From Gemmatimonadales bacterium (GTDB taxonomy: Bacteria; Gemmatimonadota; Gemmatimonadetes; Gemmatimonadales; GWC2-71-9): DNA of 64,000 nt. Shown piece after piece: positions 8,901 to 15,708 of this stretch. The translations under genes and the position numbers were made by a program. The number at the start of each line of letters is the position of its first letter. Position 1 is the first letter of the stretch. The notes beneath the pieces are model-generated. The model was not told where the DNA came from and did not search any database. It saw only the letters and a list, made by a program, of their open reading frames with translations. The stretch spans positions 68,583-132,582 of the forward strand of contig OZ252291.1 of NCBI GenBank assembly GCA_965250155.1. The letters run 5' to 3'.

Positions 8901-9242
8901 AGACATTCTACATCGCAGCGGCCATCGCGGGCTACGCGGGAGCGAACAGCCTCGTGCTGCTGGAATCGGTTCAAGAGGGCAACATTCTCCTCTGGACCAA
9001 GCCGTTGGAGACGGCGGCAGGGATGTTCGCCAACCGCATCTCCACGATCTTTGCCATCGACCTGTTCCTCGTGGTGGCAGTCGCGTTCGTGTGGATGTAT
9101 GACAAAGGACAGCGGTTGGGCGTCAAAACGCGTATGGCTGTACTGGCTGCTGACCATGCTGTTCGGGTTGGCGGTTCGTTGCAATCTTACCAACAGAATC
9201 CCATACCTGAGAACGAGAAGTCCGGGGTCAGCAAGCCCTTGA
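8897..9242 (+). pseudogene. small membrane protein (DUF2834-like), frame broken at the AAAA run near 9122-9125
   Basis: MKTFYIAAAIAGYAGANSLVLLESVQEGNILLW...IDLFLVVAVAFVWMYDKGQRLGVK (ORF 8867..9541 frame) continues as KRVWLYWLLTMLFGLAV in ORF 9051..9242. Removing one A restores a single frame. Confidence 0.5.
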
Positions 9243-9513
9243 ACACTCCGGCGTTCCACGCCAGCCGGACCCACGGGAAAAGCTCTGCGGCCTTCTCTGA
9301 CCTTTCCACGGGTTCGAATACGAGCCGATCGCCGACCCTTTCTGGCAGAGGAACTGGTATTGGGTTTCGGTCCGTATGGGTGACCTGCGGCCGGGACGCT
9401 CTTACCGGGACACCGGCAGAGGCGACCGCCAACTCGACGACAGGAACACACGCAGGTAGCATGGTGAGTACCATGAGGACCGCGACTGTCTGGCTGCGTC
9501 TCAAGACCTTCAT
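9187..9513 (-). CDS. small putative lipoprotein
   Basis: MKVLRRSQTVAVLMVLTMLPAC has a signal peptide and lipobox. 108-aa ORF that competes with antisense ORFs. No homology recognised. Confidence 0.35.
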   Translation of the reverse strand: MKVLRRSQTVAVLMVLTMLPACVPVVELAVASAGVPVRASRPQVTHTDRNPIPVPLPERVGDRLVFEPVERSEKAAELFPWVRLAWNAGVFKGLLTPDFSFSGMGFCW

Positions 9514-9561
9514 AACTGGGGCTCCTAGGCTGGTGATCTAGGAGCAACGGTAAGTGAGGAC

Positions 9562-9595
9562 CGTCAAGGCGGCGTCAAGTGGGCTTAGCGTCAAG
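9562..9595 (+). repeat. three CGTCAAG heptamers (9562, 9573, 9589)
   Basis: cCGTCAAGgcggCGTCAAGtgggcttagCGTCAAGcc read directly. The first two are 11 bp apart. On the minus strand they read CTTGACG, 50-80 nt upstream of the 9513 start. Confidence 0.6.
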
Positions 9596-9828
9596 CCTCG
9601 CCGAGGTCGTCTCGGCGTGCTCTCAGTGCGAGGCCCGCTCTCTAAGGGTGCGGCACCAGGGCCCCAATGCAGCGGTGCTATTGGTGGTGGTATTAGTAGG
9701 CTCTGGTTGTAACAAGACATCGCCCGGCAGGCTGCGGGTTTCCTGACCCTGTGTCACCTGACACCACATATTGAGACAAGCATGGGGCTCAGGGCCAGTT
9801 GCCCCGTAGCGCCCGCCCACTCGCGACC

Positions 9829-10224
9829 ATGGTTGGCCTCCACCTTCTTTAGCCGGTAGCCGGTACCTCTCGCTTCCCTGGAGCCTGATCGGCCTTTTGC
9901 CACTCGCGATTGGCATCTCGCTCAACGTCGTAGCCGACCGAGAATTCAAACGCCCACCAGACCACCGTGAAGCCTTTCAAGCGGTCGTCGGCTCTAGTGA
10001 CAGCATTTCCGTTTTCTCTGAGCCGTAATCCGATGTACCTTGGCGTCACTCTAATGCTCGCAGGTGTGGCGCTTCTGCTCGGAACACTGTCCGCTCTGCT
10101 GCCGGCCGCCGCCTTCCTAGTTCTGATGGACATCCGCTTCGTTCGCATGGAGGAGCGAATGTTGGCCGACGCGTTCAGCTCTGAATGGCAGAGGTACTGT
10201 GCTCGAGTGCGTCGATGGCTCTAG
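9829..10224 (+). pseudogene. isoprenylcysteine carboxyl / phospholipid methyltransferase (ICMT/PEMT) family protein, two frame breaks
   Basis: The C-terminal part (ORF 9967..10224) reads TTVKPFKRSSALVTAFPFSLSRNPMYLGVTLMLAG...MEERMLADAFSSEWQRYCARVRRW. Frame 3 upstream reads YLSLPWSLIGLLPLAIGISLNVVADREFK. ATG at 9829 is in a third frame (MVGLHLL*). The breaks fall at the TTT run (about 9848) and the AAA run (about 9948). Confidence 0.6.
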
Positions 10225-10242
10225 GTGCGCATTGCGCTCAGA

Positions 10243-10269
10243 ACATAAGCTCACGCCGGGTGTCAAGCG
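10243..10269 (+). repeat. 27-bp direct repeat, copy 1
   Basis: ACATAAGCTCACGCCGGGTGTCAAGCG, identical to 11466-11492. Confidence 0.85.
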
Positions 10270-10410
10270 GGCCCCCCCTACTCCAACAACGGAAGAAGGA
10301 GAAAGGGGGGGAGTTGACGCGACGGGCCGGGCTGCCGTTGGCGGTTTTATTGGTTGAACTAAACCGCTGAGCGTCGCGATTGTGCTTTGTCAGTGTAACC
10401 AACCTCGATG

Positions 10411-11217
10411 TCAGGCAGGCGGCGGGGCACCACCGTTGTCATCACCCGGCAAGCAAACGCCGCCTTCGGCCGGTTCCTCTGGATAGCAGACACCACCCTC
10501 ATCATCACCGTCCCCATCGCCGTCATCGGGAGGGTCCGGGTCATCGTCGTCGGTTTCACCTTCTGAGGCAATAATTATGGCAGCAATCACTATTATGGTG
10601 ACCGCCAATCCCAGCCAGCCGGCCAGACAGACCACTTTGTACATAACATCGGGCTCTGCTTTGCCGTCGGGCAGGTTTTCATAGAGGGCAAGTACGAGCT
10701 GCGTTGTAGAACCTTGGGGATCCGACGATGGATCGAATGCCTTCGCTAGCTTCAGACATTTTGTATAGCTGTCAAAGCGGGGTCTCAGGAAGAAAGAGAT
10801 TCGCTTCAGGGCGGCGCGGGTACCACCCACTTGCCGCAGCTGCCTCAGCAGGCTATCTGAGTCTCGTCGGCCGGCCATAATCTCAGCTATGCGTTTCTCG
10901 ATTTCCGAGTCTGAGATGCCCATCCGCTCGATGCCTTTGCGGATGTCCGATAGCGCTCGATATGTCATGCGAAGTTGCGCCCTAATGTTGGCAATTGAGT
11001 TGATTAGGTACTGGCGCTCTAGCTTGACCGACGAACTCGTCCCCTGGCCCTGTAGTAAGAAGTCGAGTTCGCGAATCAAATCGGATTCGAGGTGGGGCAA
11101 CGTTTGCATGCCGAGCCGAAAGCGACGGTACGTGGGAAGCAGCCACTGACGGAATGTGACGCGGCGTGGGCCAGCGTCATATTTTGGTTTATGCTCCATT
11201 TTTGGTTTATGCTTCAT
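10411..11217 (-). CDS. orphan tail-anchored protein with acidic Cys-containing C-terminal tail
   Basis: Start ATG at 11217 has a GGAGGT SD 9 nt upstream (ORF 10411..11289). The N-terminal ~215 aa are soluble. There is one TM segment (VVCLAGWLGLAVTIIVIAAIIIA) followed by ETDDDDPDPPDDGDGDGDDEGGVCYPEEPAEGGVCLPGDD. The DNA is AT-richer. No homology recognised. Confidence 0.6.
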   Translation of the reverse strand: MKHKPKMEHKPKYDAGPRRVTFRQWLLPTYRRFRLGMQTLPHLESDLIRELDFLLQGQGTSSSVKLERQYLINSIANIRAQLRMTYRALSDIRKGIERMGISDSEIEKRIAEIMAGRRDSDSLLRQLRQVGGTRAALKRISFFLRPRFDSYTKCLKLAKAFDPSSDPQGSTTQLVLALYENLPDGKAEPDVMYKVVCLAGWLGLAVTIIVIAAIIIASEGETDDDDPDPPDDGDGDGDDEGGVCYPEEPAEGGVCLPGDDNGGAPPPA

Positions 11218-11340
11218 GATTTCTTGACCTCCGATCGTTTCGCAGTAGGAGTTTCCTTTCACCCCTCGCAAGTATGACGCACTGAGCATTAGTCGTTCCC
11301 ATCTTTCTCTCTCAGGTAAGCGCGGAACCTACCGGACACC

Positions 11341-11358
11341 CGTCAAGCAAACGTCAAG
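11341..11358 (+). repeat. two CGTCAAG heptamers 11 bp apart
   Basis: CGTCAAGcaaaCGTCAAG read directly, located upstream of the minus-strand orphan gene. Confidence 0.6.
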
Positions 11359-11408
11359 CCCAAGACGCAGTGGGGTTTCCCCGAGATCAGGCCCAAAACT
11401 GGCGGGGC

Positions 11409-11436
11409 ACACAAGCTCGCGCCCGGGACTCAAGCG
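11409..11436 (+). repeat. degenerate copy of the 27-bp repeat
   Basis: ACACAAGCTCGCGCCCGGGACTCAAGCG aligned against ACATAAGCTCACGCC-GGGTGTCAAGCG. Confidence 0.55.
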
Positions 11437-11465
11437 CCCAGCCTCGCAGCCCCCCTGGCCCGTGG

Positions 11466-11492
11466 ACATAAGCTCACGCCGGGTGTCAAGCG
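11466..11492 (+). repeat. 27-bp direct repeat, copy 2
   Basis: ACATAAGCTCACGCCGGGTGTCAAGCG, identical to 10243-10269. Confidence 0.85.
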
Positions 11493-11525
11493 CCTCGGCC
11501 CCCGCCCCCGGTCGTCCCTACGATT

Positions 11526-11762
11526 GTGGTCGCACGCTATACATCAGTGTTGGATCGGCTCGACCGTCGGTGCTCACAGGACCGCACCATGATCTCTGAC
11601 ATGGCTGTACGGGCGACACAGCTTATCAGGGATGACTACGGCGTCGATGTTAAGGTACTTGCGCTGCTTCAGGGTCTGGATCGGGCGACATCGTCACTAT
11701 CGTCGGGAACAGATTGTGTGCCTATCTTGGCGACACTTATCCCGTTGATGGGGCAGCGCTGA
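11526..11762 (+). CDS. hypothetical small protein
   Basis: 78-aa ORF with a GTG start and third-position G+C only modestly raised. No homology recognised. Confidence 0.25.
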   Translation: MVARYTSVLDRLDRRCSQDRTMISDMAVRATQLIRDDYGVDVKVLALLQGLDRATSSLSSGTDCVPILATLIPLMGQR

Positions 11763-11843
11763 ACTCAACGCATAGCAGCAGGCCTGGAGTATGAAGTAGC
11801 GTGCACGAGGGGCGGCTGCCCCACAGTGCAACCGCAACTGATC

Positions 11844-11859
11844 TATTAGCTAGCTAATA
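11844..11859. repeat. perfect 16-bp AT-rich palindrome TATTAGCTAGCTAATA
   Basis: Read directly. Followed 4 nt later by TTGACC. Lies in the 260-bp gap upstream of tRNA-Ser. Confidence 0.8.
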
Positions 11860-12019
11860 AATTGACCCTGGAAGTGGGTCTCAAATCCCTGGCGATCCCG
11901 GGATTGCAAAGCAGGAAACCCGTTAATTGGTGCCCACTTACGCCACTTGGCGTGGGTTGCCGATTCCTGGGTTCTACTTATTATTTGCCTTCCGACGGAG
12001 TTTTCCGTCTCTGTGGGTT

Positions 12020-12109
12020 GGAGAGGTGGCCGAGTGGCTGAAGGCGCCGGTTTGCTAAACCGTTATAGGGTTTATAGCCCTATCGGGGGTTCGAATCCCC
12101 CCCTCTCCG
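12020..12109 (+). tRNA. tRNA-Ser (anticodon GCT)
   Basis: GGAGAGG/CCTCTCC acceptor stem, anticodon loop TTGCTAA, long variable arm (TATAGGGTTTATAGCCCTAT) and T-arm GGGGG-TTCGAAT-CCCCC. CCA is not encoded. Confidence 0.95.
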
Positions 12110-12242
12110 TGATTGCTTTCTCCACTGATTTAGGTAGGTAGAGACGACACCTGGTGAATCAATTGCCTCCGGCTCACGTGCGAGAGGGGAGCGGTGGGCG
12201 GTGAGGGGCCCCTCCACTCCGCCACCGGGGTTGGGTGGGGCC

Positions 12243-12277
12243 TGCTCCCCACTCCCTGCTCCCCACTCCCCACTCCC
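12243..12277 (+). repeat. 14-bp tandem repeat TGCTCCCCACTCCC x2.5 (C-tracts; G4 motif on the minus strand)
   Basis: Five C3-4 tracts are separated by 3-4 nt and end 3 nt before the gltX ATG. A G-tract-rich block lies at 12186-12240. Confidence 0.8.
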
Positions 12278-12280
12278 TAG

Positions 12281-13588
12281 ATGACTGGCATCCGCGTCCG
12301 GTTCGCTCCCTCCCCGACAGGCTATTTACATGTTGGCGGCGCTCGCACGGCGCTTTTCAACTGGCTGTTCGCCCGGAAGACGGGCGGGAAATTCCTGCTC
12401 CGCATCGAAGATACGGACCGGGAACGGTCTTCCGAGGAGCACACCCAGGTCATTCTGGACGGGTTGCGCTGGCTCGGTGTGGACTGGGACGAGGCGGTGG
12501 TGTTCCAAGGCGCCCGCCTCGAGCGGCACCGGGAATGGGCCGAGCAGCTCATCGATACCGGCCACACGTATGAGGACGGCGGTGCCGTGAGGTTCCGCAT
12601 GCCGGATGAGACGCTGGCGTGGGACGACGCCGTCCACGGAACGCTTTCGTTCGAGGGGAGGGACATAAAAGACTGGATCATCCTCCGATCGGACCGCACT
12701 CCGACCTACAACTTTTCCGTAGTCGCTGACGATATAGACATGGGACTGACCCACGTCATTCGGGGCAGCGACCACGTCTCCAACACCCCGAAGCAGATCG
12801 CCCTGTATCGCGCGCTGGGCGTTGACCCGCCGACGTTCGGTCACGTTCCCATGATCCACGGGACAGACGGTAAGAAGCTCTCCAAGCGCCACGGGGCAAC
12901 AGCCGTCGGCGATTACCAACACGTGGGAATCCTTCCGGCCGCGCTGACCAACTTCCTGGTGCTACTCGGCTGGAGCCCGGGCGACGACCGCGAACTGTAT
13001 TTCGATATCGAGGAACTAGTCGAGGCCTTTTCCCTCGAGGGCGTTCAAAAGAAAGCCGCGGTGTTCGATCCCACGAAACTAGAGTGGATGAACGGCCAAT
13101 ACCTCAGCTGCACGCCCCCAGAGGACCTCCTCGCGCTGACCGAGTCGGAGCTCGCCGAGAAGTACGGTATCGACGTCGATGCGAGAAGGGAGGACGTACT
13201 GCACGCGATAGAATTCGTGCGTACGCGGGCGCGCACCACGACGAAGGTCGCGTGGCAAACGGCGGTCCGCCTCGACGCTTCCTACATAGAGCCGGAAGCC
13301 AAAGCCGACAAGATGATCACGAAAGATCCGGAAGGCTTTCGCGATGCCCTCGAGAAAGCGGCTACGCTCCTCGACGGGCTCGACGATGATGCATGGAGTC
13401 CCGAGCAACTAGACACCGCACTACGAGACCTGGCCGAAAGGTTGGACCTGAAAGTCGGCAAGATCATGCAGCCGATCCGAATCGCCCTCACCGGACAAAC
13501 CGTGTCCGAGGCTGTGAATGACTTGCTGGTGGTGGTGGGAAGAGAGGAATCCCTGCGGCGAATTCGGGCAGCACAGGAGTGGGAGTGA
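12281..13588 (+). CDS. gltX: glutamate--tRNA ligase
   Basis: RFAPSPTGYLHVGGARTALFNWLFAR (HIGH region), KLSKRHG (KMSKS) and RIEDTD. Confidence 0.95.
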   Translation: MTGIRVRFAPSPTGYLHVGGARTALFNWLFARKTGGKFLLRIEDTDRERSSEEHTQVILDGLRWLGVDWDEAVVFQGARLERHREWAEQLIDTGHTYEDGGAVRFRMPDETLAWDDAVHGTLSFEGRDIKDWIILRSDRTPTYNFSVVADDIDMGLTHVIRGSDHVSNTPKQIALYRALGVDPPTFGHVPMIHGTDGKKLSKRHGATAVGDYQHVGILPAALTNFLVLLGWSPGDDRELYFDIEELVEAFSLEGVQKKAAVFDPTKLEWMNGQYLSCTPPEDLLALTESELAEKYGIDVDARREDVLHAIEFVRTRARTTTKVAWQTAVRLDASYIEPEAKADKMITKDPEGFRDALEKAATLLDGLDDDAWSPEQLDTALRDLAERLDLKVGKIMQPIRIALTGQTVSEAVNDLLVVVGREESLRRIRAAQEWE

Positions 13589-13604
13589 GGCCCATTCTAG
13601 AATC

Positions 13605-13623
13605 TTCAATATTCAATATTGAA
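13605..13623. terminator. AT-rich perfect palindrome TTCAATATT-C-AATATTGAA between convergent genes (possible bidirectional terminator or protein site)
   Basis: Read directly. Flanked by TCTAGAATC ... GATCTAGA partial inverted repeats (13596-13640). Lies between the gltX stop (13588) and the minus-strand gene end (13632). Confidence 0.35.
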
Positions 13624-13631
13624 CTTAGGAT

Positions 13632-14525
13632 CTAGATTCTCCTTATAATGGAGTCGCGCCCCGCCACGATCCCCCGGCGCCTGCGCTCCTCGTCCCGCTC
13701 CTTTCGCTTGCGCGCCTCCAGCGCTTTCACCGCGCGCTTGAACTCTTTCATTTGATCCATCCTCTGGGCCTGCGTCAAAATCTGATTGCGGACGTCGGCC
13801 AGCCAGGCCTGCTGTTGCGCCAACTCGTAATTGCCCATTTGCGGCAGGTTGGAGAAGGCGAGCAGGGCCGCCAGAACCGTGGGGATCTTCACCGGCCCCA
13901 AGTGGATATATTGGGAATCGATTCCCCACTCCTGCCCGCCGATCGTCGTTACCCACCTGGGGATTTCCCCCCTCGCCCAGAGCGAGTCCTCGAGTATGTC
14001 CGCCAGCATCTCGGCAACCTCAAGGGCCAGCAGCGTCTCCTGCGCCCCCCACTCCTCCTCCTCGCCAATGATCCCGACATCGGTCTCCTCCCAGAGCAGT
14101 CCGTCGCCGAATGTCGGCCCGATACGCCGGCGCGTTCCCACGATTATGGCACCAGGAATCCTGCCGGAAGCTCCAGGAATCCCTATGCTCAACGAATCGG
14201 GGATCGCGCCCGGTCGCCTGGCACCAGGGGAACCACCAACCGGAACCGTCGAGATGCTCACGGGCCCCATCGGCCCCATCCCAGCACTGGCATTGGACGA
14301 ACCCCGCTTCGTTCCAACCCCGACAGGATCCGACACACGCATGCTGAACTGACGGGTGACATCCGGAGCGCGATAGAGCGTTATGAGGAGCGTTTCGCTG
14401 TACGTGTTGCGTGTGTGAGTACTCACCCCTGCGAGGAGACCCAGAAAAACCGCGTGGACCACAGCGCTCAGTGCGTACCACAGCGGTCCCACAGCCGGCG
14501 GCTTCGGAAGGAGGAAATTACGCAC
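13632..14525 (-). CDS. hypothetical membrane-anchored protein
   Basis: 297-aa ORF with an N-terminal TM segment (LWYALSAVVHAVFLGLLAGV) and a basic coiled C-terminus (KALEARKRKERDEERRRR). Overlaps the upstream gene by 8 nt. Confidence 0.6.
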   Translation of the reverse strand: MRNFLLPKPPAVGPLWYALSAVVHAVFLGLLAGVSTHTRNTYSETLLITLYRAPDVTRQFSMRVSDPVGVGTKRGSSNASAGMGPMGPVSISTVPVGGSPGARRPGAIPDSLSIGIPGASGRIPGAIIVGTRRRIGPTFGDGLLWEETDVGIIGEEEEWGAQETLLALEVAEMLADILEDSLWARGEIPRWVTTIGGQEWGIDSQYIHLGPVKIPTVLAALLAFSNLPQMGNYELAQQQAWLADVRNQILTQAQRMDQMKEFKRAVKALEARKRKERDEERRRRGIVAGRDSIIRRI

Positions 14526-15708
14526 GGCCCTTTGCCGCTCCGAAACGGTCTAGGACACGGGCCATCCTTACGGCCGCTTCGCGCAATCGTTCGGGTTCCA
14601 CGATAAATGACAATCTCACGAATCCCTCCCCCCCTTCACCAAACACCGACCCGGCGAAAAGTGCAAGCCCTTCCCGCTCCAACAGGTCGCATGCGAATTC
14701 TCCGGACGGCACTCCTTCGGGCAGACGCACCCACAAATACATCGTCGCTCGGGGCGAGGCGCAATCGATGCCGACGTCGCGGAGGGCAGCCACCAAAGCG
14801 TCTCTCCCCACTCTGAACTGCTCGCGGACGGGCTCGACCAATTCGTCCGCTCTATCGATCACCGCTGCACCGGCTCGTTGCACCGCGAGGAACGCGCCGG
14901 TGTCCACGTAACTCTTTATTTTGGATAGTCCTTTTATCACGTCAGAGTTCCCAACCGCCCAACCGAGCCGCCAACCCGTCATGCCAAAGCTCTTGGACAA
15001 CGAATGGAATTCCACGGCCACCTCTCGTGCGCCTGGTATCTCAAGGATGCTCGGCGCACGGTATCCGTCGAACGTTAGCTCGGAATACGGATTGTCGTAT
15101 GCGAGAACGATGCCGTGCTTTCGGCAAATGGTAACCGTCCTTTCCAGGTAGTCGCGCGGGGCGATAGCCGCAGTGGGATTGTTGGGATAATTCAGGAAAA
15201 CAAGCTTCGTCCCTGCCAGACGTTCCCGCGAAAGATCTTCCAGCTCTACGAGAAAATTGGCCTCCGGCCGTAGGGGAAATATCTCGACGTCTGCGCCCGC
15301 CAGTCGGGCTCCGCCCAAGTATGCCGGGTACCCTGGCTCGGGCACCACGCAGACATCTCCGGGGTCGAGCACGGCGAACGGGAGGTGCGCCAGACCTTCC
15401 TTCGATCCGATGAGGGGAAGGATTTCGCTCAGCTGATCGACGCTCACGCCAAACCGCCGCTCCATGAAACGCGCCACCGCATCGCGGAATTCAAGCGACC
15501 CTATCTGAAACGCGTAGCGACTCATGGCGCGCTCTTGCGCCGCCCGGTGCAAGCTCTCCACCGCAACCACCGGCGGGGCGAGGTTCGCGTCACCCACGCC
15601 GAGATCGATGACATCCACTCCTTCTGCGATGAGTTGACGCTTGCGCTCTGCGATTTGCCCCACGGCGTATGTGGGGAGACGCATTACACGCTGGCTCAGG
15701 ACATTCAT
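14518..15708 (-). CDS. class I/II PLP-dependent aminotransferase (aspartate/LL-DAP aminotransferase-like)
   Basis: MNVLSQRVMRLPTYAVGQIAERKRQLIAEGVDVIDLGVGD...NPTA...SLSKSFGMTGWRLGW (PLP lysine motif). Start chosen at Met 15708, directly abutting the helicase stop codon (15705-15707). Confidence 0.85.
   Translation of the reverse strand: MNVLSQRVMRLPTYAVGQIAERKRQLIAEGVDVIDLGVGDANLAPPVVAVESLHRAAQERAMSRYAFQIGSLEFRDAVARFMERRFGVSVDQLSEILPLIGSKEGLAHLPFAVLDPGDVCVVPEPGYPAYLGGARLAGADVEIFPLRPEANFLVELEDLSRERLAGTKLVFLNYPNNPTAAIAPRDYLERTVTICRKHGIVLAYDNPYSELTFDGYRAPSILEIPGAREVAVEFHSLSKSFGMTGWRLGWAVGNSDVIKGLSKIKSYVDTGAFLAVQRAGAAVIDRADELVEPVREQFRVGRDALVAALRDVGIDCASPRATMYLWVRLPEGVPSGEFACDLLEREGLALFAGSVFGEGGEGFVRLSFIVEPERLREAAVRMARVLDRFGAAKGRA

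Noticed and set aside
9305-9325. GGGTTCGAATA resembling a tRNA T-loop, considered as a possible att remnant of tRNA-Ser.
   Set aside because: Only a 10-mer is shared, with no flanking tRNA-like stems. It is most likely chance.
8822-9547. 241-aa minus-strand ORF.
   Set aside because: It overlaps the DUF2834-like gene and the 9187..9513 lipoprotein ORF. It is Arg/Cys/His-rich and not protein-like.
13752-14606. 284-aa plus-strand ORF, plus 13831..14352.
   Set aside because: Both are antisense to or out of frame with the 13632..14525 gene, and are Arg/Pro-rich.
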